DNA from: the human T2T-CHM13v2.0 reference genome, Homo sapiens
Assembly (NCBI RefSeq): GCF_009914755.1
Contig: NC_060928.1
Length of the DNA: 64,000 nucleotides
Direction: 5' to 3' (one strand)
The notes beneath the pieces were generated by a model, which was given only the letters and a program-made list of their open reading frames with translations, made no database searches and was not told the origin of the DNA. Shown here piece after piece: positions 19,833 to 34,504 of the stretch. The number at the start of each line of letters is the position of its first letter. Position 1 is the stretch's first letter. The translations under genes were made by a program, and so were the position numbers.

Positions 19833-22440
19833 CACAGTTTTGGTGTCAGGATAATACTGTTTTTGAAGAATGAGTTAGCCAGGAATCTTCTCTTTTTAAT
19901 TTTTTGAAATAGTTTCAATAGGATAGCTACCAGCTCTTTTTTGGGGAGCTGGTAGAATTTGACTGTGAATCTCTCTGGTTCAGCACATATTTTGATTGGT
20001 AGATTTTTTATTACAGTTTAAATTTTATTACTTGGCATTGATCTATTAAGGATTTCAGTTTTTTCTTGGTCCAAGTTTGAGAGATTGTGTGTTTCTAAGA
20101 ATTTATCCATTTCCTCTACAATTTCTAATATATCCATATAGATGTTTATAGTAGTCTCCAAGGAACTTTTATATTTCTGTGGGATCAGATATGATGTCAA
20201 CTTTGTTATTTCTGATTATGTTTATTTGGATCTTTCCTTTTCTTTGTTAATCTAGCTAACAGTCCATTAATTATGTTTATTCTTCTGTAGAACCAACTCT
20301 TTGTGTCGTTGATTCTTTTTATGCTTTCTTGGGTCTCAATTTCATTTATTTCTAGTCTGATTTTAGTTGTTTATTTTCATCTTCTAGCTTTGGATTTAGT
20401 TTGTTGCTGTTTTTCAAGTTCCTTTAGGTACAAAGTTTGTTAATTTGAAATCTTTCTATCTTCTTGATATCGGCGTTTGGTGTTATAAACTTTCCTCTTA
20501 ACGCTTATTTTGCCATATCCCAAAGGTATTGGTATGTTTTGTCTCTAGTTTTGTTTGTACTATTTTTTGTTCTACTTTTATTCCACTGTGGGCGGAGAAG
20601 ATGCTTGGTATGATTTTAACTTTTAAAAAATTTGTCAAAACTTACTTTAGAATTAAGTATGTAGTCAATCTTTGAGTTTGTTCCATGTTCAGATGAGAAA
20701 AATGTATATTCTGTGGTTGTAGAGTGGACTATTAGGTAGATTTCTATTTCATCTAATTGGCCAAATGTCAAGTTTAAGTACAGAATTTCTTTTTTAGCTT
20801 TCTGCCTTGATAATATGTCTAATGCTGTCAGTGGGGTGTTCAAGTCTCCCACGGTTATTAAGTGACTATCAAAGTATTTTCTTATGTCTATAAGTAATGG
20901 TTTTATAAATCTGAGTGCTCCAATGTTAGAGGCATTATATGTAGGATACCAAAATCTTCTTTTGAATTGAATCTTTTATTATAATGTAATATCCTTATTT
21001 TTGTACTATTGTTTACAGTCTATTTTATCTGATTCAAGAATTGTGGCCCCTGCTCTTTTTTTGCTTTCTATTTGTGTGATAGATTTTTCTCTCTTTTCTT
21101 TGAGCATTTAGTCCATTAATGTTCAAGATTCATTTTGATATATGAGGTTTTATTCTCATGATAGAATTGATAGCTAGTTTCCTTGCAGTCACAATTGTGC
21201 AGTTGCTTTATAGGATCTGTTAGCAATGTGCTTGTGTATGTTTCTGTGATAGCAAGTATCATTCTTTTGTTTTCATGTTTAGAACTCCCTTTAGCATCAC
21301 TTGTAGGGCTGATCTGGTTGTGACAAATCTGTTTCTTAAGCTTGGGTATGGCAGGATATGAAATTCTTAGCTGGCATTTTTTTTCTTCTTTAAGAATACT
21401 AAAAATGAGCCCCCAACTTCTTCTGGATTGTATAGTGTCTGCTGAGAAGACTGCTGTTAATGTAATGGGCTTCTCTTTATAGATAATATGACCCTTTTCT
21501 TTAGCTATCATATTTTTTTATACATTGACTTGAATAGTGTGATTACTACGTGTCTTGGAGATGGTTATCTTGTATAGTATTTCACAAGGGTTCTCTGCAT
21601 TGCTTGTATCTGCATGTTGACCTCTCCAGCAAAATTGAGGAAATTGTATTGAATTATATCCTCAAATATGTTTTCCAAATTGCTTACTTTATCTTCTCTC
21701 TTAGAAATGCTAATAAGTTTTATATTTGGTTGTTTTCCATAATCCCACATTTCTTGAAGGCTTTGGGTTTTTATTATAATAATAATTCTTATCACTTTAC
21801 CTGATTGGGTTGATTTAAAGGGCCTGCCTTCTAGCTCTGAATGTCTTTCTTCTGCTTGGTCAAATCTGTTGTTATGGCTTCCAATTGTAATTTGAAATTT
21901 ATGTAGTGAATTTTTTAAATTCCAGAAGTTCTTTTGGTTATTTTAAGGTGGCTATGTTGTCTTTCAAATCTTGGATTATTTTAGTGTTTTCTTTGGACTG
22001 GGTTTCAACTTCTGTATTTTATTGAGTTTCTTTGCCATTTATATTTTAAATTCTATAACTGTCATTTCAGAGATTTTACTCTGGTTAGAATTCATTGCTT
22101 GGGACCTAGTGGAGGTGACCAAACACTCAATTTTTTGGTATTGCTAGAGTTGTTTTTGTGCTGGTTTCTTTTCATCAGAGAGAGCTGATGTTTCCTGTTG
22201 TGTTTTTTGTTTTTTTTTTTTTTTTGAATTGCTATTTCTTGGATAGGGCTTGTTGATTTTTCATCCTCTTTTCCCTTGAAGGTATGACTGTAGTATATAT
22301 TGTGTGATTGATTGGCTTTGTTTCTTGGTGCTTTCAGGTTGCCAAGTCTCTGCAATTTTTCCTTCATGGCAGATAGGTTCATGCAGTGGCTTTCTCAGAT
22401 GTTGCTTACTGTAATAATGTAATTTTGTTTGGTAGTGTAG
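17290..22440 (-). mobile_element. L1PA15/16-like, 3' UTR through ORF1, decayed
   Basis: GATTCAGGGAGTACAAGTGCAGGTTTGTTAC 3' UTR; minus-strand remnants MGDLNTPLTALD (endonuclease) and QSLQEMWDY / SRRSWGLIFSILKE (ORF1). Confidence 0.85.
19791..19829. repeat. (TG)~19 microsatellite
   Basis: Perfect dinucleotide run. Confidence 0.95.
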
Positions 22441-24661
22441 CTTAGAAATACATTCTTCAACAAATACCATCTACCAAGATTGAGTCATGAAGAAACAGAA
22501 AATCTGAACAGACTAATATTAAATAAGACGATTGAATCAGTAATAAAAAATCTATCAAAGAAAATACCAGGAACTGACAGTTTCCCTGCTGAATTCTATC
22601 AAACATTTAAAGAATAACTAATACCAATTATTTGCAAATGCTACCAAAAAATTGAAGACAATGTAATAACACATTTTATGTTTGCAGCATCACACTGATA
22701 CTGAAGCCAGACAAGGACAATAGAGAAAAGAGAATTACAGATGTATCTCCCAGATGCATAAATCCTCAATAAAAGGCTAGAGAACTGAATGCAACAGTAT
22801 CTTAAGAAGATTATTCACCATGATCCATTGGAATTTATTCCCAAAATGCAAGGATTGTTCAACATATGCAAATCAATAAAAAATACACATCACATTAACA
22901 GAATAAGGGTCAAAAACCATATCAGGATTTCAATAGATGCAAGAAAATGTATTTGACAAAATTAATTTTTTTTCTTAAGTTCTCAACAAATTCGATATAC
23001 AAGGACTGTATTTCAACACAATAAAAACCATATATGACAAACACATAGCTAACTTCATACTAAATGGGAAAGTGCTGAAAGCTTTTTCTATAAGATCTAG
23101 AATAAAACAAGCATGTTTACTCGTGACACTTATATTCAACATGGTACTAGAAGTCCTAGCCAGAGTAAGCAAGAGACATCTATATTTGACATAAAAAGTT
23201 AAATTTTTCCTCCCTGTTTGTAGGGAGGAAATGATCTTAATATAGAAGACCCACAATACTCCACCACAAAAACTGTTAATTACAACTAACTAAAAGATTA
23301 GTAAAGTTAAAGTTTACAAAATCCACATACCCAAATCAGTAGGTTTTTTTGTTTTGTTTTGTTTTGTTTTGGTGCTAGTAGTGAACTCTCTGAAAAAGAA
23401 ATCAGGAAAACAATTTTATTTAAAACAGGTATAAAACACTTATTTAGCAATAAATTTCACCAAGAAGGTAAAAGATCTCTGCACTGAAAAGTATAAAATG
23501 GTAACAAAAGACAATGAAGAAGACACAAATAAAAAAACTCCCATGTTCATGAATTGGATGAATTAATATTTTAAAAATTTCCATACTACCCCAAATTATC
23601 TAGATTCAATGCGGTCCCTATCAAAATACCAATAGAATTCTTCACAGAAGGAAAAAAAATCTTACAATTTGTATAGAAACACAAATGACTTCAAAAAGCC
23701 ATAACAATCTTGAGCAAAAATAATAAAGCTAGAGGCATTACACTACCTGACTTAAAAATATACTACCAAGTATACTAACCAAAGAGCATTGTACTGACAA
23801 AAAAACAGATACGTAGACCAACAAAATGAAATAGACATCCCAGAAGTAAATCTATGCATATAGAGCAAACTGATTTTCAACAAAGTTAACAAGAACATAT
23901 AATGACAAAATGAGTCTCTTTAATAAATATTTTGGGACAACTACATGTACACATGCAGAAGAAAAAAAATTAGACCCTTATGTTACACTTTAATCTGAAA
24001 ATCAGCTTAAAATAAAGACTTAAGTGTAAGACCCAAAACAATGAAGCTACTAGAAGAAAACATATAAGAAAAGCTTAAGGACATTGGTCTAGGAAATGAT
24101 TGTTTTAGATATGACCCAAAAGCACAGGCAGCAAAAGCAAACATAGACAAGTGGGATTGCATTAAACTAAAAAGATTCTGCACAGCAATGGAAACGATCA
24201 ACATAGTGAAGAATCAACCTACATTATGGGAGAAAGTATTTGCAAACTATACATCTAATAAGAGGTTAATATCAAAAGTATATTAAAAACGTAAACAATT
24301 CAATATCAAAAAAACAAAGAACACAATTTTTAGAAGTGCAAAGAATCTGAATAAATATTTTTCAAAGAAAATCATACAAGTGGCCATAGGTATATGAAAC
24401 AAAATGTTCAACATCAATCATCACCAGGGAAATGCAAATTATAACCACAATGAGATATTACTTCAACCCTGTTAGAATGGCTATCATCGAAAGGACAAAA
24501 GATTAGTGTTAATGATGACGTGGAGAAAAAGGAACCACTGCACACTGTTGGTGAGAATATAAGATAGCACAGCCATTATGAATAACAGTATTGTGGTTTC
24601 TCACAAAATTAAAAATAGAACTACCATATAATCCAGAAATCCTGCTACTGGGTATATATTC

Positions 24662-26948
24662 TGATATGGTTTGGTTGTGTCCCCACCCAAATCTCATCTT
24701 GAGTTGTAGCTTCCACAATTTCCATGGGTTGTGGGAGGGACCTGGTGGAAGATAATTTAATCATGAGGCAGTTCCCCCCATACTGTTCTCATGGTAGTGA
24801 ATAAGCATTATGAGATCTGATGGTTTTATAAGGGGAAACCCCTTTTGCTTGGCTTTCATTCTCTTCTCCTGTCTGCTGCCATGTGAGATGTGCCTTTCTC
24901 CTCCTTCCATGATTGTGAGGCCTCCCCAGCCCGGAAACTGTGAGTCCATTAAACCTTTTTCTTTTGTAAATTGTCCAGGCTTAGGTATGTGTTTAACAGC
25001 AGCATGAAAACTAACTAATACAGTAAACTGGTCCCAGTTGAGTGAGGCACTGCTGAAAAGATACCCAAAAATGTAGAAGTGACTTTGGAACTGGGTAACA
25101 GTCAGAGATTGGAACAGTTTGGGGAGCTCAGTAGAAGACAGAAAAATGTGGAAAGTTTGGAACTCCATAGAGACTTCTTGAATGGCTTTGACCAAAATGC
25201 TGATAATATGGACAATGAAATCAAGGCTGACATGGTGTCAGATGGAGATGAAAAACTTGTTGGGAACTGGAGCAAAGGTGACTCTTGTTAGGTTTTAGCA
25301 AATAAACTGGCAGCATTTTGTCCCTTTCCTAGAGATTTGTGGAACTTTGAACTTGAGAGAGATGATTTACAGTTTCTAACAGAAGAAATTTCTATGCAGC
25401 TAAGCATCGAAGAGGTGACTTGGGTGCTGTTAAAGGCAGTCAGCATTAAAAGAGAAACAGCATAAAAGTTTGGAAAATTTGCAGCCTGAAAATGCAATAG
25501 ACAAGAAAAACCATTTTCTGAGGAGAAATTCAAGTGGCTGCAGAAATCTGCATAAGTAATGAAGACTTGAATGTTAATCACCAAGACAATGGGGAAAATG
25601 TCTATGATGCATGTCAGAAACATTTGAGGTGGCCCCTCCCACCACAAGTCAGAGGCCTAGGAGGAAGAAATGGTTTCTTTGGCTAGGCCCAGGGCCCCCT
25701 TGTTTGTGCAGCCTAGGGACTTGGTGCCCTGCATCCCAGCCACTCTAGCCATGGCTAAAAGGGGCCAAGGTACAGCTTGGGCCATAGCCTGAGTGTGCAA
25801 GCCCCAAGCCTTGGCAGCATCCATGTCATCTTGAGCCTGTGGGTACACAGAAGTCAAGAATTGAGGTTTGGGAATCTCTGCCTAGATTTCAGAAGATGTA
25901 TGGAAATGCCTGGATGTCCAGGCAATTGTTTGCTGCAGATGTGGGGCCCTCATGGAGAACCTCTGCTAGGGCAGTGTGGAAGGCAAATGTAGGGTTGGAA
26001 CCCCCATACAGAGTCCCCACTGGGGCACTGCCTAGTGGAGCTGTGAGAAGAGGGCCACCATCTTCCAGACCCAAGAATAGTAGATCCACTGACAGCTTGC
26101 ACCGTGCACCTGGAGAAGCTGTAGGCACTCAACTCCAGCACAGAAAAGCAGTCAGGAGGGAGGCTGTACCCCACAAAGCCATGGGGCAGAACAGCCCAAG
26201 ACCATGGGAACCCTCCTCTTGCATCAGTGTGACCTGGGTATGAAACACGGAGTCAGAGGAGATCATTTTAGAGCTTTAAGATTTGACTGCTTTTCTGGAT
26301 TTTGGACTTACCTGGGGCCTGCAGCCCTTTTGTTTTGGCCAATTTCTCCCATTTGGAAAGGCCGTATTTACCCAATGCCTTGTATTGTATTTAGGAAGTA
26401 ACTAACTTGCATTTGATTTTACAGGCTCATAGGCAGAAGGGACTTGCCATGTCTCAATGGGACTTTGGACTGTGGACTTTTGAGCAAATGCTGAAATGAG
26501 TTAAGACTTCAGGGGAACTGTTGTGAAGGCACGATTGGTTTTGAAATGTAAGGACGTGAGATTTGAGAGGGGGCAGGGGTGAAATAATATGGTTTGGCTG
26601 TGTCCCCACCCAAATCTCATTTTGAATTGTACCTCCCCAATTCCCACATGTTGTGAGAGGGACACGGTGGGAGATAACTGAATTATGGGGGGCAGTTTTC
26701 CCCATATTGGTCTCGTGGTAGTAAATAGGTCTCATGAGATCTGATGGTTTCATAAGGGGAAACCCCTTTGACTTGGCTCTCATTTTTTCCTCTTGTCTGC
26801 CTCCATGTGGTATGTGTTTTTTCCCTTCTACAATGATGGTGAAGCCTCCCCAGCCACGTGGAAGTGTGAGTCCACTAAACCTCTTTATTTTGTAAATTGC
26901 CCAGTCTTGGGTATGTTTTTATCAGCAGCATGAAAGTGGACTAATGCA
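24662..26948 (+). mobile_element. Full-length THE1B MaLR provirus (LTR-internal-LTR)
   Basis: 5' LTR 24662-25022; internal 25023-26584 ending in a purine-rich tract; 3' LTR 26585-26948; perfect TSD TATTC at 24657-24661 and 26949-26953. Confidence 0.93.
24753..24763 (+). promoter_or_regulatory. DUX4-type motif TAATTTAATCA in the THE1B 5' LTR
   Basis: Matches TAAYYYAATCA; THE1 LTRs are known DUX4 targets; function here is not shown. Confidence 0.5.
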
Positions 26949-29900
26949 TATTCAAAGCAAATGAAATCAGTAAGTTGAAGAGATATCTGCACTCCCATGT
27001 TGATTGTTGCATTATTCACAATAATCAAATTATGAAATCAGCTTAAGTGTTCATCAATGGGTAAATAAAGAAAATGTAGCTTAAATAATTAATATATAAT
27101 TATATATAATTACACAAGTAATCTTCACACACTTAAAATATTCTGTCATTTGAGGAAAAAAATGCTTAACCTGGGAGACACTATGTTAAGTGAAATAACC
27201 TAGAAACAGAAAGACAAATGCCACATGATCTTACTCATCTAGAATCTAAAAAAGTACACCTTATGGGTAGATAATAGAATGGTGGTTATCAAAAGGTTGA
27301 GTGCTGCATGGGAGTGTTTGGGTTGATGGTCATAGGATACGACATTTCAGATAGGAGGAATAAGTTCAAGGGAGCTATTGCACAACACGATTACTATATT
27401 TAACAATATATTTTATTCTTGAAAACTGATGAAAGAGTAAATGTGAAGTATTATCACAAATAACTATAAAGTAATAGAGATGTTAGATAGAGGTAATCAT
27501 TTCATAATTTACACATACTTCAAAACAATCTGTTGTAAATGGCAAATACATGCAATTTTAACTAACAATTCAAAAAATAAATATATGTAAGGAAAAATTG
27601 AAGCACCTTCTTTTTCAACTTTTGTGTTTAGTTCTCATATTATGATGAATCAATCAGTCAACCAATCTGTAAGCAGTAGAATATAATTTCCCATTTTCAC
27701 CATTCTCCATTTCTTCTGGCTACCAAGGAATTTTTGCCCTTTCTTCTGATTATGATTATTTCTTTCATCAAGCTGTAAGTCAAGTCATAGGACCTCCCCT
27801 CTCCTTTAATAGCTTATGAATTTCCAAAATGTTAGTGAAAATTAAGTATGTTTTACATTGCTTTAAGGTAAAATTTAGCCATCTGTTACCTGGGCTATTG
27901 CATTTTTCAAAATTAGGTTTTGCTACCTTACCCTTGTCACATTTTTTATAGTTACCATACCAATGTTTCTAAAATACAGTTCCAATAGTTCCACCCACTT
28001 GGTTACATATTTAGAATACTTTCTGGCTTGCTGTAGAAAAGTTACTAAAGACCTTTATGTTTAATTAGAAGCTCTTTTATGTTATGGCTCTTTTACGCAC
28101 CTTGAAATTAGGTACTTGTATCCTCTCATGTCCTCTACCAAAGACTCTTTCCATTCTCAGCTACACCGTATTAACTGTTACTCTTCTATGCTTTTGAAGA
28201 TGTTGTTGTTGTTTGTCATCTTTTCTCAAACCTTGTTTTCATGCAATGCCTTCAAGACTATCATTCTGCTTTTGTTTTTCTTTTGTTTTCTTCTGGCAAT
28301 ATTTCTATTATCTTGGTAGATTATTGTGGAAAGGCACAAACTCAGAAAGAAGGTAATCTCATTGCACCTGCCCTGAAATTTATGCTATCTTTGCTAGAGA
28401 AGATTACAGAATAATATAATATTTTCTATTACTATCAGGTGAAGGTTAAGACACTGTTTAGGTTCATAGGGAATGTACAACAGTATTTATTTATAATCTT
28501 GCTCCAGGGCTATGTCAGTTTTTCTCCACCCTAGCCTTTCCTCAGAACATCATGCTTTTCACCATCTTAACCACCTCATCTTAATAGGATAAAATGATTT
28601 AAAAAAAGTCCAAAGCACATTAGAAGCCTTAAAAATGACAGATGCACTTTACAAGGTAGAAGATAAACCCTGATGCCCTAATTTTCTGTACCAAATGTAT
28701 ATTTTAAAGTAAATCCCCCCAAAAAAAACAACTCATGCTTAACAAAGACAAAAGCAATTGTTCTTACATGATGGTCCTTAAGCCTGTTACAGTTAGTTGA
28801 AAATTATAAACCACACCTTTATTCATAGTACCTGAAATAATAGATGCTCATTTTCTAAAAAGATATTTATCAGAATACAGAAGAGGTAGATTAGTAGGCT
28901 ATCTATTATATAATAGTGCTTCAATAAAGGTATGAGCAATTGCATGTTTGAAATGAACTATTTTATTAAACAACTAAGTTTAAATTTTTGATTTGAGATT
29001 GTACAATTAGAAAATGATTACTTAATTGAAAAGACAATGTAAGAGAGAAAAATCTCGTATCCATTACTCAAAGGGTTTAGCGTACAAACCTTTTTGGTCA
29101 TAGAGGTAAAGAATGACTTAGGAAAATATGAGAATTATTAGAATATCAAACACACATTTTAATTTTTGGAAGGTCTTTTTTTTAAATGTAGGAGTGAATT
29201 AACTTAATCTCCAGGTATGTATGGCTTTTAGTGTGCTCTTCCCTTCAGTTTTCTGAGTTTCTGCCTTGCAATGTTTTCTCTGGAGACTAAAATATTTGCA
29301 TGATGTTTAACTAGCCAACTGAAAAAATTATCTGGGTTATTAGTGAGAATATTGTTAAACGAAGAAAAAGTATGAGGGCGCCAGTTGGCTGTTAGCACAC
29401 TGCCACTGTTTGACCTGTGTGCGTCTGCTTCTTTAGGAAGGCTATCATTCTGACTTGAGACCTCTCCTCTGATTTTTGCTTAGCTATCTTCAAATTTTTT
29501 ACCTATAACCTAGTATTTCATATCAAGATTTTATATTTGGAATCCTAACATGCAGATGCAAATGGATTCCTTTAATATATTCTCTTTTTCACATTTATGA
29601 ACACTGACTTTTTTTCTTACACAAATTAGTCAGAATCCTGTCATATTCACCTATGTGGCCATTGTTTAAAGTTGATCATTTAATGCTGGGTTTACATATC
29701 CCAGGCTTTCTCTACTTTTCTTACTAAATTATATTAAATTTCACTGTATATTTTTTGTCCTTGTAGGTTAACAGAGGGGAAAATTGAATTAAAGAATGTA
29801 AAGTAAAAGTAGCTCCATTCTCAATTAGAAACTCTATAAAAATAAAAATATAAAAATCTGTAATCTATTAATCTGCATACAATGAATGAGTTGTAATGAT

Positions 29901-31149
29901 ACCGAGGAGACTTAATTCAATGACCTAATCAACAAAGGCTTATAATTCTCATTTGAACAGCTGAATCAGCATCATTTATGATTAGCCTAGTAAACAAATT
30001 ATATTTGATTATGTCTTATATTTACTCTTAGAAATACATGAAAAAAAGCAGAACATAAGTATAGTGGTTCATGTATTAATAAATCATTCGTTTTATTACT
30101 CCTGAGTATCTTTCATTTTATCCTTTACATATTAGCATCCTTTCAGCTATTTTTTATCTGTGAAACAAAAATTACATTTCCTAGATGTTATTAATGCTGA
30201 CATATGAACAAATGTTTTGACACTTGATAATTTAGAAAAAAATGTGTAATCAGAGTTTTAAAAAAATCAATGTTTAAAGAGCACACAAGTAGAATTTCAA
30301 ATATTTTCATATTTAAAAACATTATAGTCAATTGAAATTTTTTGTCAAAATTTTGTCTACTGTAAGTTATATATATTTGACATATATTAACTGTTAATTA
30401 CATTAATATTAGTGCAAATGTTTTCATTTTGTTTTAATTAGGGCCATAAATGCCACTGAAAGTAACATTCTCCATTTTTAAGTTAGTATATGCTATAGCA
30501 TGATCTTTGGAAAAACAAATTTCAAAGCTTTTCTTTTATAGAAGATAATTGTCCTGAGATTGAAAAGATTGAAATATATAGAAAACTACATTAAAAGAGT
30601 TTGAATTTATCACTAACAACTACTGACAAATTTGCACATTTAGATGTTGGACATGTAAGTAAAAAAGTGCTATAGTCTCCTTAAAAATTGAATAATTTGA
30701 AGTATTAACAGTTTCAGTTATATTATAAAATAATTATTGCCAAAGTTCCACCTTTGAATTCCCTGCATGCACTAAGGAGGAAATAACTAATATTGCAATT
30801 TTAAGACAAGGTCCATTTATTTCCAAATGTACGGAGAAAAATACAGGGACCTCCCAAACTGTCTTTTGCATAACAATCTGCTTTCGATATTGTGTTCTCC
30901 AAAAGCTTTTTTTCTTAACAATAAACAGGTCTAATATAGTGTACAGGAGTTCATCACATATAATACATTAAATTACTAAATATATGATGTATATTTCTGG
31001 ATCTAATTATTTATATTTCTAAGATTTACTCCTGCATGTTTTTCCAACTATCATAATTTTAATGCAGGCTTGATGATGACATGTCTTTTCGTTACATTTG
31101 TCTAAAAGTGTATTTTTTTACTTTGATTGATTTTTATTGAGAAGCCTAC

Positions 31150-31580
31150 ATATTAATTCTGTTTTGGGTCCTCTGATGTTATTTATCTGTTTGGTGTTAT
31201 ATTTCATCCATTTTTGAAAAAATACCAGCCATTAACTCTTCAAATATCTTCCTGAATGTGTCTTCCATGTTTTTAATGCTCATGTGTTGCTCTTGTTGCA
31301 TTGTGTACTCTGTGTACTTTAATTTGGATATTTCTATTGATTTACCTTATAGTTCTCCAATTTTTATTCTATTCTGTAGCCAATTCCATCTATTGATTGT
31401 GTGTTAATTGCATATTTTATATTTTGCATTCCGGGACAAATTCTTTGAAAATTCTTTCAAATTCTTTGTAAACTGAACAACTTTTAACCTATTCTGTATG
31501 TATTTTCATCAGTTTCTTGATCTTTTAAAGCCTTTGTCTGATCAATACAATATCTAGATTGCCGGTAGATATTTTAAATT
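31150..31580 (-). mobile_element. Very old L1M(E)-like fragment
   Basis: T-rich strand with CAGCCATTAACTCTTCAAATAT, typical of antisense old ORF1. Confidence 0.4.
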
Positions 31581-32329
31581 TTTTCTCTTGGTTGTAAATC
31601 ATGTAATTACGAATATCATTAATATATTAAGATTTAATCATTTCACAGAGTTCAATATTTTCTATAAAATGCATGCATAATTAATAGCAGGTGACCAGTT
31701 ATATATAAATTCTTACAACATTTAATTTAGCTGTTAATTAAATGGTGTTGATGGCTTATATTTGTTAATGTTTCATTATATAAGCAAATCAGACAGGAAA
31801 AAATAGTAGACCCTACAAGGTATGATGGGCTAATTTTTCCTGGTGCTTCATATGTTAGAAGGAAAAAAACCAGACTTTAATTTAAAGACAATTCATCTTT
31901 GAGTTAAATTCTTCAATTTGAGATTTCCATTCATTTTGATGATGTCTTGCAAATATCTTACAAACTTTACTACTTCAAGCAACATAAATCACCATTTTAT
32001 TGAATTATAGATTTTAAACCCTATGAATCACTTAAAAAAACAGAATAAATAGTCTTCTCCTTTTTCAGATGAGCAGATTAATATTCACAACAGTCACATC
32101 ATATGCTTTTAATGCTATATAGCAAGAAGTGCAATTCTGATTTCCAGATTTTTAATCTTATATTTTACAACATCATAGTTGTAAGATTTTATTTCTAGTT
32201 CAAATACATTTTGTATTATATTTGTTAGCATTTCTTACAACAGAGTAATTGTGAATTATTTTTTTTACTATCTCAGACTGGTCAGTTTTTTCAGACTTGC
32301 TCAGTTACAGGTACTACTGATAATTCTAT

Positions 32330-32535
32330 CTGTCATGTAAGAGGCCGAGTGTTGAGATTGTAAGATCAAAAAATTAAATTGAGTACTACCATGGAAGAAT
32401 TTTAGCCTGGAGAGGTGCCTCAAGCTCATAAGTGTCTTATGTGAACATGAAATGTACACTTATTGTGCTAAATCACAAAGATTTGGGGATCGTGCGTTGC
32501 TGTAGGACATTTTTTTTCTAGCCAGCCTAATTCAA
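32330..32535 (+). mobile_element. MLT1 LTR 3' fragment
   Basis: CTTATTGTGCTAAATCACAAAGATTTGGGGATCG...CCTAATTCA resembles the MLT1 end. Confidence 0.45.
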
Positions 32536-32890
32536 TGTTTTAAAAAATGTCTGTTTCAAGTCTAGAACCTAGCACATGGGGAAAAGAATGTTAAATATAT
32601 TTAAATTATATATTACATTTTAAACGTAGGATTCAGTATGGAAATATCAATCAGAACATCTTAGAATATTATCTCATCTACATTGTTGCTACTTGGCCTG
32701 GTCAATGTGTTGTGATCAGGAAATATTTGTATGTGTTATGTGCCTTCTATCTAATATATATATTTTTTCTAATTTAGTGTTAAAAAAGTTTAAAAAGTAT
32801 AATTATTTTATAGCTTAAAACATTAGAGCTCAAAAATTAAGCCATTCACCTGTTACACAGCTACTAGCTTTTAGAGCTAGAAATCTTATC

Positions 32891-33296
32891 TGTGGTTGAC
32901 ATTACTAATTTTTACTAATATTTGGTTCTTGTCTCCTTCCAGCTAAGTGATGGATTATTCTCCACCCAATATTAAAGTATTCTGTGACCACGTGATAGGC
33001 TTTAGCCAAGGAAATTTTTCACTTTTGGTCTAAAGTCTTTCATTGTTGGATCTTGATGTTCTATCCTTGTTGTCCTCTATCATGGTAACATAAGTACATG
33101 GTAAAACCTTGTACTTATGTGGCGGCATCACAATATGGTGGAACTTCCACTCCCCACTCCACTGAATGTCTAATTGGCTACAGTGTATTTATGCCAAAAG
33201 ATAAATACATAGCATAAATAAAAAAAAGTCCTTGTATTTAAAACCACTGAGAATTTAGAATTTATTAGGACACTATATCCTAGCTATACTGATATA
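32891..33296 (+). mobile_element. MLT1(I/J)-like LTR
   Basis: GACCACGTGATAGGCTTTAGCCAA; TAAAACCACTGAGAATTTAG...CCTAGCTATACTGA. Confidence 0.55.
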
Positions 33297-34504
33297 ATGC
33301 AGTATCCAAATCTTCTCATATAAAGCTTTTCTCTTCCACAAAGTTATTGTTTTCAGAGAGCAAGATTATGTTCCCTGTACATAGTTCATCTCCATGCTTT
33401 TTTTTAAAGTATATGATATATAAACTCATGGTACCTGATAATTCATAAAAGATGTATGTTTCAAATCTAAAAATCAGTGTTAAAAAGTAAAGTTTATAAT
33501 AAATACCTGAAATTTAGTTCCTAGCTATTTTAAGTGTATTATTTATGTATATAGAGTGTAATTAGAATGTCCAAGAATTGCATTTATTTAAAAAATATAA
33601 ATAGAGTGTGATGTTAAGACAAAACTACTGTCCTGATTGCTATAATAAGCAAATGTCCCTTGTGAAATGTTGAGAAAGTGGAAACACTTAAATTACTGAG
33701 GACAAAGAAAACACGCTATGTGTGTTATTGTATTTCATCTTTACAGTAAATCTAAGACTCCATTACTCTTATTATCATTTTATATATCAAGGAATAGAGC
33801 TAAAGGAATTGTACAACTTTATACAAATTTATACAGCCTGTGAGCATCAGTATGATTTTAAAACAGATTTTACAAGTAAATTTAGAATTATGCTTTAAAC
33901 CTTATACATAGAGCTACTAAACATAGGCATATTTCTCTGGTGGCTATGATGTTGCTTTCTATGTACAGTTAACAGATATTGGGAAAATCCTCTTCCGTAA
34001 TCATCTTTTTCATAATATGCTGAATCAAAACTCAATGAGTTTCAATAAAACATTTATGTGGTATAATAAAAAGCTAATTCTTTCATCTATTTGCCAGAAG
34101 TTGGCTTAATTTTTCTAATTTGTTAAACAGCTGGTGATCAAGGTTAAGATACATTTAGCTGCAATAACAAAATTTACAACTAAGATTATTTAAAATAATA
34201 AATTAACATATTATCATATGTATTACAAAATACAGAGGTGGTATGTGTTTAACATTAGTTGACCAAATCAGTGTGGTCATTGGTACTTCTTTGCTCATGG
34301 CCAGTGGCACATTCTTTCATTGTTAATCTTGAATATAAGTCCACTCATCAATATTGTTGTGCCAACTTAGGTTAATACCCTTGTGTGTGTGTCTGTGGTG
34401 GGGACGGGGGGTGTCTCCAAACAGCTTTGAGCTGTTTTACTTAACCAGCGTTCTTAGGTCACATGGCAGGAATGGTAGGATTATCATGATTAGTTTAAAA
34501 TAAT

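Larger units (their letters stand above)
22455..27581 (+). mobile_element. 5'-truncated L1MA4/L1MA4A-like, interrupted by THE1B
   Basis: ORF2 remnants from CTACCAAGATTGAGTCATGAAG; 3' UTR AGATAGGAGGAATAAGTTCAAG...TACTTCAAAACA. Confidence 0.8.

Noticed and set aside
25023-26584. Intact THE1 internal ORF
   Set aside because: Broken into short pieces in several frames (25079..25291, 25839..26243 and others)
17290-27581. Single L1 with a twin-priming inversion
   Set aside because: The two arms have separate 3' UTRs from different subfamilies and overlap in ORF2 coordinates
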